Positions 21,289-30,831 of a DNA stretch of 64,000 nt are shown here, piece by piece; within the stretch, counting starts at the first letter, position 1, and every line of letters begins with the position of its first letter. Source of the DNA: Deltaproteobacteria bacterium RBG_13_43_22 (lineage in GTDB: Bacteria; Desulfobacterota; RBG-13-43-22); contig MGQB01000030.1 in NCBI GenBank assembly GCA_001797675.1, forward strand, positions 40,077-104,076. The letters are read 5' to 3'. Under the pieces are notes generated by a model that was given only the letters and a program-made list of their open reading frames with translations, was not told the DNA's origin and ran no database searches. A program made the translations under genes and the position numbers.

Positions 21289-21784
21289 TGGGTGGACATC
21301 AGGGATTTATTGGGCTGGGCTCCAACCGGGGGGATAAAAAAAAAATTGTCTGGAAGCCCTTTCCATGCTCCAAGCCATTCCGGGCCAATCGATCGTCAAG
21401 ACGTCTTCCTGGTACTTGACCGAACCGGTGGGTTTGGAGGATCCGGAATGGTTTGTCAATGGAGTCATCCTCCTGGAAACCGTTTTTTTGCCGGAGGCCT
21501 TGATGCTGCATATGCTGGAAATTGAAACGGCTCTGGGCCGGGAACGAACCGTCAAATGGGGCCCGCGGATCATTGACCTGGATCTGTTGTGCTACGACCA
21601 GATGGTCATGAACAGCCCGGTTTTGACCATTCCACATCCTTTTCTGGAAAAAAGAAGGTTTGTTCTGGAACCGATGGCCGAGATTGCCCCGGAATATGTC
21701 CATCCGGTATTAAAAAAAACCATGGTTCAATTAAGGGATGGGCTGGCCGGGGAAGGTCAAGTCTTGATTAGACTTTCGGATTAA
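21288..21784 (+). CDS. folK: HPPK (2-amino-4-hydroxy-6-hydroxymethyldihydropteridine diphosphokinase), frame broken in an A10 run
   Basis: The N-terminus [19 protein letters not shown] is read from ATG 21288 (TGATG overlap with dapL). The rest, NCLEALSMLQAIPG...WGPRIIDLDLL...IPHP, lies in the -1 frame from 21344. The join falls inside A10 at 21336-21345. Confidence 0.85.
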
Positions 21785-21797
21785 AAAGTGGTATACA

Positions 21798-22052
21798 ATG
21801 CTGTTTAGATGGATTATACTATTATTGATCGGGTATTTGATTTATCGGTTCCTTCGGGGGGTCCTGTCGTCACCGAAACGGCCGAAAAGGAACCCGCCTA
21901 AAGAAATTCAGGACGAGATGGTCCAGGACCCGGTCTGCAAGGTCTATTTGCCAAAAAGGCAGGCCCTGGCCCTGAATGGTTCGAACGGAACGCTTTATTA
22001 TTTTTGCAGTACCCACTGCCGGGAAAAATTTATTGGAAAGGACCCTAAATGA
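21798..22052 (+). CDS. Small membrane protein with C-terminal TRASH/YHS-type Cys motif (PP0621-like)
   Basis: N-terminal TM helix, basic linker, then DPVCKVYLP...[12 protein letters not shown]. Confidence 0.7.
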   Translation: MLFRWIILLLIGYLIYRFLRGVLSSPKRPKRNPPKEIQDEMVQDPVCKVYLPKRQALALNGSNGTLYYFCSTHCREKFIGKDPK

Positions 22053-22699
22053 AATTTTTTATCGATACGGCCAATCTTAAAGAGATTCAGGCCGCAGTGG
22101 CCTTGGGGCTGGTGGACGGCGTAACCACCAATCCATCCCTTCTATCCAGGGAAAAGGAGAAACCGCGTGAATTGATCAAAAAGATCTGTCAGATGGTCGA
22201 AGGGCCGGTCAGTGCCGAGGCCATCTCCGAAACCGCCCCTGAAATGGTTAAAGAGGCCCAATCCTTAGCCAGAATTCATAAAAATATTGCCGTCAAAATT
22301 CCCATGACTCCCGAAGGATTAAAAGCGGTAAAAAAACTTTCCTCTTTGGGGATTCCCACCAATGTAACCTTGATTTTCTCACCGGTTCAGGCCCTGCTGG
22401 CGGCCAAGGCCGGGGCCACTTATGTCAGCCCCTTCGTGGGCCGTCTCGATGATATTTCTCAGGATGGTATGGAAATCATCAGCCAGATCGTGACTATTTT
22501 TAATAATTATGGCTTTGAAACCGAAATCATTGTGGCTTCTATTCGTCATCCGGTCCATGTGCTTACTGCGGCCTTGATGGGGGCCGACATAGCCACCATC
22601 CCCTATAAAGTCTTGTTACAGTTGACCCAACACCCTCTGACCGATATCGGGATTCAGAAATTTTTGGCCGATTGGAAAAAAATTTCAGGGAAAAAATAA
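22049..22699 (+). CDS. tal: Transaldolase type 3B / fructose-6-phosphate aldolase family
   Basis: [22 protein letters not shown]-terminus; 216 aa. The ATG overlaps the upstream stop (ATGA). Confidence 0.88.
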   Translation: MKFFIDTANLKEIQAAVALGLVDGVTTNPSLLSREKEKPRELIKKICQMVEGPVSAEAISETAPEMVKEAQSLARIHKNIAVKIPMTPEGLKAVKKLSSLGIPTNVTLIFSPVQALLAAKAGATYVSPFVGRLDDISQDGMEIISQIVTIFNNYGFETEIIVASIRHPVHVLTAALMGADIATIPYKVLLQLTQHPLTDIGIQKFLADWKKISGKK

Positions 22700-22702
22700 C
22701 CC

Positions 22703-23365
22703 GTGTACCGACTCCTTTTAACAAAAATAATTTCTTGGATCATTTTATGGTTGCCGGCCCTGGGCTTATTGGGGATTCCCAACCCCATACTGGCCGACAT
22801 CTATCGCTATCAAGATGAAAAAGGAGTGATTCACTTTTCTAATGTCCCAACCGACCCCAAATACCAGCTCTTCTATAGGGAATACCAAAATGTTCGACCT
22901 TCGCTCCCATCCAAGGAGTATCCAAAAAACCTTTCATCAAAGATTTCCAATTTAAACAACACCCCTTTTCTGGCCTATCATATCGACCAGGCCTCTCAAC
23001 GATATGCGATCGATCCGAAACTTATTCAAGCCGTTATTCATGTAGAATCAAATTTTGATCCTCAGGCCGTTTCCCCTAAAGGCGCTTTAGGTTTGATGCA
23101 GCTTATGCCGCAGACGGCCAGAGACTTTGAGGTGGCAGACGTTTTCAGCCCAAAAGAAAATATCGTTGGAGGCGCAAGATATCTGAGGTATCTGCTGGAC
23201 AGGTATAATCAGGATATGACTCTGGCCCTGGCTGCTTATAACGCCGGTCCGGAGAAAGTCAATCTTTATCGTGGAATCCCTCCCTACCTGGAAACCAGGA
23301 ACTATGTTCAAAGGGTCATGCAGACTTATAACCAACTCAAAAGCCGACTCCTTTCAACCCGGTAA
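22703..23365 (+). CDS. Lytic transglycosylase (SLT domain) with DUF4124-like N-terminus
   Basis: [17 protein letters not shown], then [36 protein letters not shown] start. Confidence 0.85.
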   Translation: MYRLLLTKIISWIILWLPALGLLGIPNPILADIYRYQDEKGVIHFSNVPTDPKYQLFYREYQNVRPSLPSKEYPKNLSSKISNLNNTPFLAYHIDQASQRYAIDPKLIQAVIHVESNFDPQAVSPKGALGLMQLMPQTARDFEVADVFSPKENIVGGARYLRYLLDRYNQDMTLALAAYNAGPEKVNLYRGIPPYLETRNYVQRVMQTYNQLKSRLLSTR

Positions 23366-23378
23366 AACAAGATCCTTC

Positions 23379-23954
23379 ATGCCCCCGGTCAGTCCAAAAA
23401 TTCTTAATGTTCCCAATTACTTAACGTTTTTACGGATCATTTCCATCCCCTTTATATTATTCCCCCTGCAATCGGGAAAGCCGAATTCCAGCCTATTGGC
23501 CGCCGTCATTTTTACCGTTGCTTTTTTTACGGATTGGCTGGACGGTTTTATTGCCCGAAAGAAAAACTTGATCACCAAATTCGGAAAAATTTTAGATCCC
23601 CTGGCCGACAAACTGCTGATCGGGTGTTCTTTAATCGTGCTGATCGGGCTGGACTGGGTTGCAGCCTGGATGGGGGTTTTGCTGATTGGAAGAGAAATTG
23701 CCGTAACCTGGCTGCGATCCATATTGGCCGGCAAGGGGCATATCCTGGCTTCTTCCTGGTGGGGAAAATATAAAACTTTTTTCCAGGCCATCGCCATAAT
23801 TCCCCTGATGATTCATTATTCTTATTGGTCGATCAATTTTCACTATTGGGGTCTGATCATACTTTGGATTGCCTTGATATTAACCCTGTGGTCCGGCCTT
23901 TTATATTTCATACAATGTTATCCTTTATTGATGGAAAAAAGTCCAAAAATTTGA
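23379..23954 (+). CDS. pgsA: CDP-diacylglycerol--glycerol-3-phosphate 3-phosphatidyltransferase
   Basis: CDP-alcohol phosphatidyltransferase motif DWLDGFIARK...GKILDPLADK. The ATG at 23379 sits within ORF 23271..23954. Confidence 0.88.
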   Translation: MPPVSPKILNVPNYLTFLRIISIPFILFPLQSGKPNSSLLAAVIFTVAFFTDWLDGFIARKKNLITKFGKILDPLADKLLIGCSLIVLIGLDWVAAWMGVLLIGREIAVTWLRSILAGKGHILASSWWGKYKTFFQAIAIIPLMIHYSYWSINFHYWGLIILWIALILTLWSGLLYFIQCYPLLMEKSPKI

Positions 23955-23976
23955 GCTTTATTAGCATTATTTTTCC

Positions 23977-24006
23977 TTGACATTGTCTTCAAGACCGTTT
24001 TATCAT
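23977..24006 (+). promoter_or_regulatory. sigma70-type promoter TTGACA-18-TATCAT with a long csp leader
   Basis: TTGACA at 23977-23982, TATCAT at 24001-24006. Leader is about 125 nt before ATG 24139, as is common for cold-shock genes. Confidence 0.55.
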
Positions 24007-24138
24007 TACCAGTTAGTTGAACAGAGTTTGTGGTCCGTGGAAAATGGCATTAACCAGGGAGGCGGTTTGTTTGTCTGGTACTTTCCGGCCGGAAGCTGTT
24101 ACAACTTAAATGTTATGGTGGAGGGGAGGTGAGTTGTA

Positions 24139-24342
24139 ATGGCCAAAGGCCAGGTCAAATGGTTTAGCGACCGAAAAGGATACGGTTTTATTTCCCAGGA
24201 TGACGGCAGTGATGTATTTGTTCATTTTTCAGCTATTAAAGGCGATGGGTTTCGAACCCTGCAGGAGGGAGAAAGGGTAGAATTTGAAGTGACCCAGGGT
24301 CCCAAAGGACTCCAGGCCGCCAATGTGATTAAGGCCGAGTAA
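24139..24342 (+). CDS. Cold-shock protein (CspA family)
   Basis: 67 aa with RNP motifs KGYGFI and VFVHFS. Confidence 0.95.
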   Translation: MAKGQVKWFSDRKGYGFISQDDGSDVFVHFSAIKGDGFRTLQEGERVEFEVTQGPKGLQAANVIKAE

Positions 24343-24353
24343 AATGTTCGTCT

Positions 24354-24404
24354 AAAAAGGCTGCGGAAAAGAATAGGATTGTTTTCCGCAGCCTTTTTAT
24401 TTTA
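24354..24404 (+). terminator. Rho-independent terminator of csp
   Basis: A 13-bp stem pairs AGGCTGCGGAAAA (24358-24370) with TTTTCCGCAGCCT (24382-24394), followed by TTTTATTTT. Confidence 0.85.
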
Positions 24405-24476
24405 AACCGGGCACCCTCTGTAGATAGGCCCTTGCCGTTCGTTTTGAATCCTGGAATTCCCAAGCGATTAGCCTGC

Positions 24477-25289
24477 TCAATCTTTCCCCCTCTTTTTCAG
24501 ACTGTTGGCAAACCGGGCGATGGTCTCAAAATAGGCCCGGCCGCAGCGGAAAATAATATCGTTGTGCCCGGCCCCGGGGACAACGACCATTTCCTTCCGT
24601 CGGGCCCCTGAATTTTTTAGCAGCACATCGGCCTGGGCTAAAGGGATCAGTTCGTCAAACTGGGCATGGAGGATGAAGGTGGGTTTGGTGACCTTGGCAA
24701 TTTTGGGGACGTTTTGAAAACCGTCCTTTTCCTGAATGCCCATCTCCTCAACCGGTATCCCCATCAAGGCAAGCAAAGGCAAGGAATAAGCAAAACCGCT
24801 TTCTATAATCAGCCCGGCTATTTTCTCCGTTCGCTTCGAAGCGATATCAATGGCCGGGGCACTTCCCAGGGACCGTCCCATGATCAATAAAGGCCCGGGA
24901 CGTCCCTTTTCTTGAATCCATTCATAAGTCTGATCGAATAAATTCAATCCATCGGTAAGCAGGGTGGCGACCGACGGGGATCCTTGACTTTTTCCATACC
25001 CCCGATAATCCATAGCCAGAAGGGTTAAACCCAATTCCCGATAAAGCGGACCGGCCTCATCGTAATCGGAGGCGATTTCACCATTGCCGTGAAAAAACAG
25101 GAGATGGGGGCCGCCGGGATCAGACAAATAAAACCGGGCACCAATGCCGACTCCCGATCCCACGGGAAAAAGATAATCTTCGGCCCCTGCCGGGGTGGGA
25201 ACTCCGGGATCCGGACGGGGATAGAAAACCAAGGAATTGATTTCCGGCCGGTCCAAGAACGAAAGGGAATTTGCTGATTCTTTAATCAT
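24477..25289 (-). CDS. Alpha/beta hydrolase (Bem46/ABHD13-like)
   Basis: HGNGE, nucleophile elbow GRSLGS, C-terminal GAGHND. Confidence 0.8.
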   Translation of the reverse strand: MIKESANSLSFLDRPEINSLVFYPRPDPGVPTPAGAEDYLFPVGSGVGIGARFYLSDPGGPHLLFFHGNGEIASDYDEAGPLYRELGLTLLAMDYRGYGKSQGSPSVATLLTDGLNLFDQTYEWIQEKGRPGPLLIMGRSLGSAPAIDIASKRTEKIAGLIIESGFAYSLPLLALMGIPVEEMGIQEKDGFQNVPKIAKVTKPTFILHAQFDELIPLAQADVLLKNSGARRKEMVVVPGAGHNDIIFRCGRAYFETIARFANSLKKRGKD

Positions 25290-25420
25290 GGCTTTTCCTT
25301 CTTTAGTAAAATGGATCTTTAGTTTGCTGCAGGGAGTCCGCTATTGTCAAGAAGCTTTTGAAAGTTGCCCCCCCCCACTTTGTTTGAACTTTTTCTAATA
25401 AAACCCTTTTCAAGCTCAGG

Positions 25421-25626
25421 AGCAGGGGGCTTTTTTCAGGGTTGCCAACCCATAGACTCCGGGCATCTATCCCCGGCCGGCTCATAAAACATTCTCAAAA
25501 AGCAGGCCGATAAAAAACTCACTAAAGGCCGGGGTGGGAATCTTTTCTTCCGATCAGCATAAACATTAGAGCCGGTATCTGGCCTAGGTTACCTTTTGGA
25601 CAACCCTGAAGAAATGCCCCCTCGCT
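25421..25626. repeat. Long-range inverted repeat enclosing about 150 nt (candidate structured RNA or MITE)
   Basis: AGCAGGGGGCTTTTTTCAGGGTTGCC (25421-25446) is complementary to GGACAACCCTGAAGAAATGCCCCCTCGCT (25598-25626), with one bulge and 3 mismatches or wobbles. Inner pairing CCCCGGCC/GGCCGGGG. Confidence 0.6.
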
Positions 25627-25750
25627 CTGAAGAAAACAGTTCGGCAACTGAACAGGTCAAAATGGGAAGGGAGCAAGGCTTTTAAAAAAAACTTGACAGG
25701 TCGATAAGAGCATGTTTAGTTTTTCATATTCAAAACAAGGAGATTCACCC

Positions 25751-26512
25751 ATGCGTATTAATGGTAGAAAGCCTGATGAATTACGTCCGGTCCGCATTAT
25801 CCGGAATTATATCAAGCATGCCGAAGGATCGGTCCTGATCCAATTGGGAGAAACCAAGGTGATCTGCACGGCCACCCTGGAAGAAAAGGTCCCTCCTTTT
25901 TTGAGAAACAAAGGCCGGGGCTGGGTCACGGCTGAATATTCCATGCTACCCAGATCCACCGTAACCCGGACCGCCCGTGAATCCACTCAGGGGCGAGTGG
26001 GCGGTCGCACCCATGAAATTCAACGACTGATCGGACGTTCTTTGCGGGCGGTGATGGATCTGAGCTTAATCGGAGAACGAACCTTCTGGATCGATTGCGA
26101 CGTGATCCAGGCCGACGGAGGGACCAGAACGGCCTCGATTACCGGGGCTTATGTGGCCCTGGTGGATGCAGTCGAGTATCTGCGTAAACAGGTTTCCATA
26201 CCCAGAGACCCGATGATCGATTCGGTGGCGGCCATCAGTATCGGGGTCATTGACGGCCAAATTTGCTTAGATCTGAATTATGAAGAAGACTCGAAGGCCG
26301 AGGTGGATTGTAACTTTGTCATGACCGGCCACGGCCGATTCATTGAGATCCAGGGAACAGCAGAAGGACAGCCGTTTTCCAAAGAGGCCTTTGAAAAGAT
26401 GATGACCATGGCCGCCCAGGGGATCGATAAACTGATCACGATCCAACATCAAGTGCTCAACCTCGATGTTGCAAAAGCCGAGGATGCCGCAGATCCAAGG
26501 CGGCGAGGGTGA
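25751..26512 (+). CDS. rph: Ribonuclease PH
   Basis: [68 protein letters not shown] precedes the ATG at 25751. Confidence 0.93.
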   Translation: MRINGRKPDELRPVRIIRNYIKHAEGSVLIQLGETKVICTATLEEKVPPFLRNKGRGWVTAEYSMLPRSTVTRTARESTQGRVGGRTHEIQRLIGRSLRAVMDLSLIGERTFWIDCDVIQADGGTRTASITGAYVALVDAVEYLRKQVSIPRDPMIDSVAAISIGVIDGQICLDLNYEEDSKAEVDCNFVMTGHGRFIEIQGTAEGQPFSKEAFEKMMTMAAQGIDKLITIQHQVLNLDVAKAEDAADPRRRG

Positions 26513-26578
26513 ATTCGTACTAAGGTACTGCGAACCCTCTCCAAAAAAGGAAATGCAGCATAACACGGCTTTCCTGAA

Positions 26579-26717
26579 GGGTAAAAATTGATCGATATCT
26601 TAGTAAAATTCCAGCTTCACTCCTGGTGACTTTTGGCACCGGTCATAAAATCATCAAACCAAAATGTTTTTATTGATAAATTACCATTCATGGATCAATT
26701 TTTAGACAACTTCGAGG
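26579..26717. mobile_element. MITE-like element, copy 1 (TIR TAAAAATTGATC / GATCAATTTTTA)
   Basis: GGGTAAAAATTGATCGATAT at 26579-26598, GATCAATTTTTAG at 26693-26705, then CAACTTCGAGG. Same ends as the copy at 57547-57684. Confidence 0.65.
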
Positions 26718-26724
26718 TTTATCC

Positions 26725-27327
26725 ATGATCCTGATCCTGGCAACCCGGAATAAAGGGAAGGTTCGGGAAATTAAAACCATTTTGAATATGCCTGCCCTGA
26801 CCTACCGGTCTTTAAACGATTTCCCTGATCTCCCGGAAGTTATTGAGGATGGTTCTTCCTTTCTGGAAAACGCCCGTAAAAAAGCCCGGACGATTTCCAA
26901 AAGCCTGAATTTACCGGTTCTGGCCGATGACTCGGGTTTGGAAGTCGATATATTGGCGGGGGATCCAGGAATCTATTCTGCCCGACTTTCCGGACCGGAG
27001 GCCACGGACAGGAAAAACAACGAAAAACTCCTGGCCTTGCTCAAGGGGGTCCCGAAAGAAAAACGGACGGCCCGCTTTGTTTGTGTTTTAGTATTATTTC
27101 ACCCTTCCGGCCAATGGCTTCACACCGAAGGGTCCTGTGAGGGGCACATTGCTCCCGCGCCAAGGGGGGATCAGGGTTTTGGATACGACCCGATTTTTTA
27201 TCTGCCGGAGTTTCAAAAAACCATGGCTGAACTTCCCTTGAAAACGAAAAACCGGATCAGTCACCGGGCCAGGGCCCTGGAAAAGATGCGTCCGCATATT
27301 CTATCCCTGGTAAAAGATGCGGAATAA
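26725..27327 (+). CDS. rdgB: dITP/XTP pyrophosphatase (RdgB/HAM1)
   Basis: ILATRNKGKVREI, DDSGLEVD and GFGYDPIF motifs. Follows rph, as in many bacteria. Confidence 0.92.
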   Translation: MILILATRNKGKVREIKTILNMPALTYRSLNDFPDLPEVIEDGSSFLENARKKARTISKSLNLPVLADDSGLEVDILAGDPGIYSARLSGPEATDRKNNEKLLALLKGVPKEKRTARFVCVLVLFHPSGQWLHTEGSCEGHIAPAPRGDQGFGYDPIFYLPEFQKTMAELPLKTKNRISHRARALEKMRPHILSLVKDAE

Positions 27328-27337
27328 GGCTGATACT

Positions 27338-27448
27338 GGAAAACGAAGGACGATCGTTCGCTCTCTGGTACGATGGGTGCCTTTGTCCCTCATCCGTCGT
27401 CCCTCGTCCCGCGGTTTTCGTGAATCCTGCATCGTGTATCTTGCACCC
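27338..27448. repeat. Tandem-unit inverted repeat (CGTCCCT units) plus a TGCATCGTG-type arm
   Basis: GGAAAACGAAGGACGATCG (27338-27356) faces CGTCGTCCCTCGTCCCGCGGTTTTC (27395-27419). CCTGCATCGTGTATCTTGCACCC (27426-27448) resembles 20047-20070. Confidence 0.5.
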
Positions 27449-27500
27449 AACTGCATCTAATAGTTGTCTTTATCCCCGGTTTATGATAAAAAACGAATGT

Positions 27501-27578
<78 letters not shown>

Positions 27579-27589
27579 TATATGACTTT

Positions 27590-27670
27590 AAGGATTCAAC
27601 CGATCAAGGGTTAAAAAAGAATCAAAATCTTTTTTCCCTTGAATCCATGAATCCTTGAATCCTTGAACCC
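27590..27670. repeat. Tandem-unit inverted repeat (GGATTCAAGG type), copy 2
   Basis: AAGGATTCAACCGATCAAGGG (27590-27610) faces CCCTTGAATCCATGAATCCTTGAATCCTTGAACCC (27636-27670). Starts 12 nt after tRNA-Pro. Confidence 0.7.
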
Positions 27671-27690
27671 TTTCGGCTACCCTATTATCC

Positions 27691-28197
27691 ATGAACCTAA
27701 AATCCTCCCTGTTTCTTCCATCTGTATTATTTTTCATCCTTAACCCTTTTTGGGCATGTTCTTACACCTATCATGATAAGAATCCTGAAATCATGCTGAA
27801 AAAAGTGCGAGTCGTCGGAATGGATCAAACAACCGTTACCCTGGAAGGGACTCTTGAAATTTTAAATCCAAATGACAGGGACAGGCGGTTTTCAGGGTAT
27901 CGTTTTCAACTGGATGTGGAAGGACAACGTCTGCTGACCGGAGAGTCGAATCGTCCTTTCGATATCCCGGCGTTAGAGAGTGCCTCCATCACCGTTCCGG
28001 CCGTTATTCGTTTTCAGGACCTCTTAACGTTGAACCGGAAAGGACTCTTGACCCGGGATCTGAATTACCTCCTTTTCGGCACCGTCTTTTTGGATTCCTG
28101 GATGGGCAATTTATCTCTTCCTTTTGCCTATGAGGACACTTTAAATCTCCCGGATCTTCTGAGAGAAAAAACCCGTCTATTTCTGCAAGGTCTATAA
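27691..28197 (+). CDS. LEA type 2 / WHy-domain lipoprotein
   Basis: Signal sequence with Cys (FWACS), then a beta-rich LEA_2-like pattern (VTLEGTLEILNPN..FSGYRFQLDVEG..L). The assignment rests on pattern only. Confidence 0.55.
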   Translation: MNLKSSLFLPSVLFFILNPFWACSYTYHDKNPEIMLKKVRVVGMDQTTVTLEGTLEILNPNDRDRRFSGYRFQLDVEGQRLLTGESNRPFDIPALESASITVPAVIRFQDLLTLNRKGLLTRDLNYLLFGTVFLDSWMGNLSLPFAYEDTLNLPDLLREKTRLFLQGL

Positions 28198-28198
28198 G

Positions 28199-29794
28199 AT
28201 GCCGATCTCTTCCGATTCCCAAACCACAACCCAGGTAGCCAAATCAGCCGGATCGGTCGGAATAGCCGTCTTTTCCAGCCGAATTCTGGGTCTAATCCGG
28301 GAACAGGTCATGGCCGTTTTATTCGGGGCCGGGTATTATATGGACGCCTTTGTGGTGGCCTTCCGGATCCCCAATCTGTTGCGCGACCTGTTTGCCGAAG
28401 GGGCCTTATCGGCCGCCTTCGTAACGGTTTTTACGGATTTTGATCAAAAAAAAGGGGCTGAGGCCACCTGGCGGCTGGCCAATAACGTCCTTTTGACTTT
28501 GACCTTGCTCCTTTCCCTCATAACACTCCTGGGGATGATTTTTTCTGAGGAAATCATCCGGATTATGGCTCCGGAGTTTGATCGGATTCAGGGCAAGATC
28601 GCCTTGACCCAGCTTTTGACCAACATTATGTTCCCTTTCCTGGTTTTAATTTCCGTGGCTGCAGTGGTGATGGGGATTCTGAATACCAGGGGCCGTTTTT
28701 TCATCCCGGCCATGGCCTCAACCTTCTTTAATTTGGGTTCGATAGTCGGCGGAGTGCTCTGTGCCTGGTGGGCTCCGGCCTTTGGACAGCCTCCTATTGT
28801 GGGAATGGCCGTGGGGACCCTGATCGGTGGATTTTTACAATTGGCCGTCCAAATACCTTCTTTAAAAAAATCGGGGTTTCAATGGCGGCCTCATTTCAGT
28901 TTGAAAGACGAAGGGCTGCGCCGGATTATGATCCTGATGATCCCGGCGGTGATCGGCCTTTCCGCCACTCAGATCAATATCTTTATCAACACCAATTTCG
29001 CCGCCCGCTGTGCTCAGGGAAGCGTTTCCTGGCTTAATTATGCCTTTCGATTGATGCAGTTCCCCATCGGTATTTTCGGGGTGGCCATTTCCATCGCCAC
29101 TTTGCCTGTCATTTCCCGGCAAGCTTCGCAGGGGGACATGGGGGCCTTGAAAACCACCTATGTTTCCTCTCTGACCATGGCCTTTATCCTGACCATTCCG
29201 GCTTCATTCGGCCTGGCCTTCCTAGCCAAACCGATCATTCGTCTCATCTTCGAACACGGCCGCTTCAATGCCCAGGATACGATCCATACCGCCGAGGCCT
29301 TGGTCTATTATGCCATCGGACTGTTTGCCTACGCTTCCATTAAAATCACCGTACCGGTCTTTTATGCCCTGAAAGATACGAAGTTTCCAGTCATCGCCAG
29401 TTTCCTGGCCGTAGTCACCAATATTGTTTTTGTTTCTTTATTCCTGGATAGTTTCCAGCACAAAGCCATTGCTTTTTCCACCTCGATAACCACCACCTTT
29501 AATTTCATTTTTTTAAGTGCCGTGCTTTTTCGGAAGGTCGGGGGATATGACTTAAGGATTCTCTTAGGCTCTTTGATCAAGATTATCCTGGCCTCGCTGA
29601 TCATGGGATTATTGGCTTACACCCTTTTTCAGGGTCTGGGTCTGATCCTGAATCCGGAAGGCATCTTAAACCAAATCATCTCTCTCGGGTTGGTCATGCT
29701 CGCGGCTGTTTCGGTCTATTTTCTTTTAATTCGCTGGATGGGAATTCAAGAATTGGATGAGGTATTAGGCAGTTTGAAAAAGCGGTTTTTTTAA
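28199..29794 (+). CDS. murJ: Lipid II flippase MurJ
   Basis: 531 aa, polytopic. N-terminal signature SRILGLIREQVMAVLFGAGYYMDAFVVAFRIPNLLRDLFAEGALSAAFV. Confidence 0.92.
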   Translation: MPISSDSQTTTQVAKSAGSVGIAVFSSRILGLIREQVMAVLFGAGYYMDAFVVAFRIPNLLRDLFAEGALSAAFVTVFTDFDQKKGAEATWRLANNVLLTLTLLLSLITLLGMIFSEEIIRIMAPEFDRIQGKIALTQLLTNIMFPFLVLISVAAVVMGILNTRGRFFIPAMASTFFNLGSIVGGVLCAWWAPAFGQPPIVGMAVGTLIGGFLQLAVQIPSLKKSGFQWRPHFSLKDEGLRRIMILMIPAVIGLSATQINIFINTNFAARCAQGSVSWLNYAFRLMQFPIGIFGVAISIATLPVISRQASQGDMGALKTTYVSSLTMAFILTIPASFGLAFLAKPIIRLIFEHGRFNAQDTIHTAEALVYYAIGLFAYASIKITVPVFYALKDTKFPVIASFLAVVTNIVFVSLFLDSFQHKAIAFSTSITTTFNFIFLSAVLFRKVGGYDLRILLGSLIKIILASLIMGLLAYTLFQGLGLILNPEGILNQIISLGLVMLAAVSVYFLLIRWMGIQELDEVLGSLKKRFF

Positions 29795-29974
29795 TTCAAA
29801 TTTAAATTTGATAATTTTCTGAAATCCTTCAGTACGCCGCAATAAGCCTGCCCCGGTGAAAACCGGAGAAGGATGGTACGCAATCCCGCTAAAAGCGGGA
29901 CAGATGGACTTTTAACAAAGCCGTACAGTTTAAACTTGACAATTTCATTAAATCCTTTAAAAAGAAGGTCAGGT

Positions 29975-30062
29975 GCCTGGGTGGCGGAATTGGTAGACGC
30001 AAGGGACTTAAAATCCCTCGGTCCTCGTGGCTGTACCGGTTCGATTCCGGTCCCAGGCACCA
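29975..30062 (+). tRNA. tRNA-Leu (anticodon TAA)
   Basis: Acceptor GCCTGGG/CCCAGGC, anticodon loop CTTAAAA, long variable arm, T-arm CCGGTTCGATTCCGG, encoded CCA. Confidence 0.92.
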
Positions 30063-30447
30063 GAATATATCAAGCACCCGCCTTTTTTCTCTTTCCTCCT
30101 GAGGGGATTCTTTTTCTCTCAAAAATATTTTACTCGCCCCTATGAACGGCTTTGCCCTGCTGACCTGTGCAATAAACAAGACCCGACCCTCCACCTAGGG
30201 TGGGGGGGAGTTTCACCGCCGATTTCGGCGGTTGTCAAGAAACCCATGAGTTGAAGTTTTCAAATTTATTATTTATATAACCATATCGGTTCTTTCCGCT
30301 GTTAAGACAACAATCCGATGACAACGGGCGAAAGCCGGCAGATGAAAACGTTCCCGAGTGCTCGTATGTATAAAAGGGGGCCTAAAACAGCGAAAAAAAA
30401 GTTGAAACCTGTTCACCACAACACCAATAAAGGGAGGTATAGAAACG

Positions 30448-30831
30448 ATGGACAAGAAACGTTACGAAGAAGGATTGGCCGTGAGAAGGGCCGTTTTGGG
30501 ACCTGAATACGTCGACAAATCGCTTAGTTCAGCCGATGACTTTACCCGTCCGATGCAGGAACTGGTCACCGAATATTGCTGGGGCGAAATCTGGACCCGG
30601 CCAGGTCTCGACCGCAGGACCCGAAGCTTCCTCAACCTCGCCATGCTTACAGCCCTGAACCGTCCTCACGAAATCAGGCTGCATGTGCGCGGGGCGCTGA
30701 ACAACGGTCTGACCAAGGAGGATTTGATGGAAGTCTTTCTGCAGAGCGCCATCTATTGCGGTGTTCCCGCAGCGCTCGACGCGATGCGCGTCGCCAAAGA
30801 GGTCTTTGCAGAGATCGAAAGCGATCAATGA
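30448..30831 (+). CDS. Carboxymuconolactone decarboxylase family protein (PcaC-like)
   Basis: 127 aa with YCWGEIWTRPGLDRRTRSFLNLAMLTALNRPHEIRLHVRGALNNGLT..AIYCGVPAA. Confidence 0.88.
   Translation: MDKKRYEEGLAVRRAVLGPEYVDKSLSSADDFTRPMQELVTEYCWGEIWTRPGLDRRTRSFLNLAMLTALNRPHEIRLHVRGALNNGLTKEDLMEVFLQSAIYCGVPAALDAMRVAKEVFAEIESDQ

Noticed and set aside
30210-30242. The sequence GTTTCACCGCCGATTTCGGCGGTTGTCAAGAAA resembles a type I-F-style CRISPR repeat (stem-loop plus an AAGAAA tail) just after tRNA-Leu.
   Set aside because: There is only a single copy, with no spacer-repeat periodicity and no cas genes in the window. It cannot be called a CRISPR array and may simply be a hairpin.
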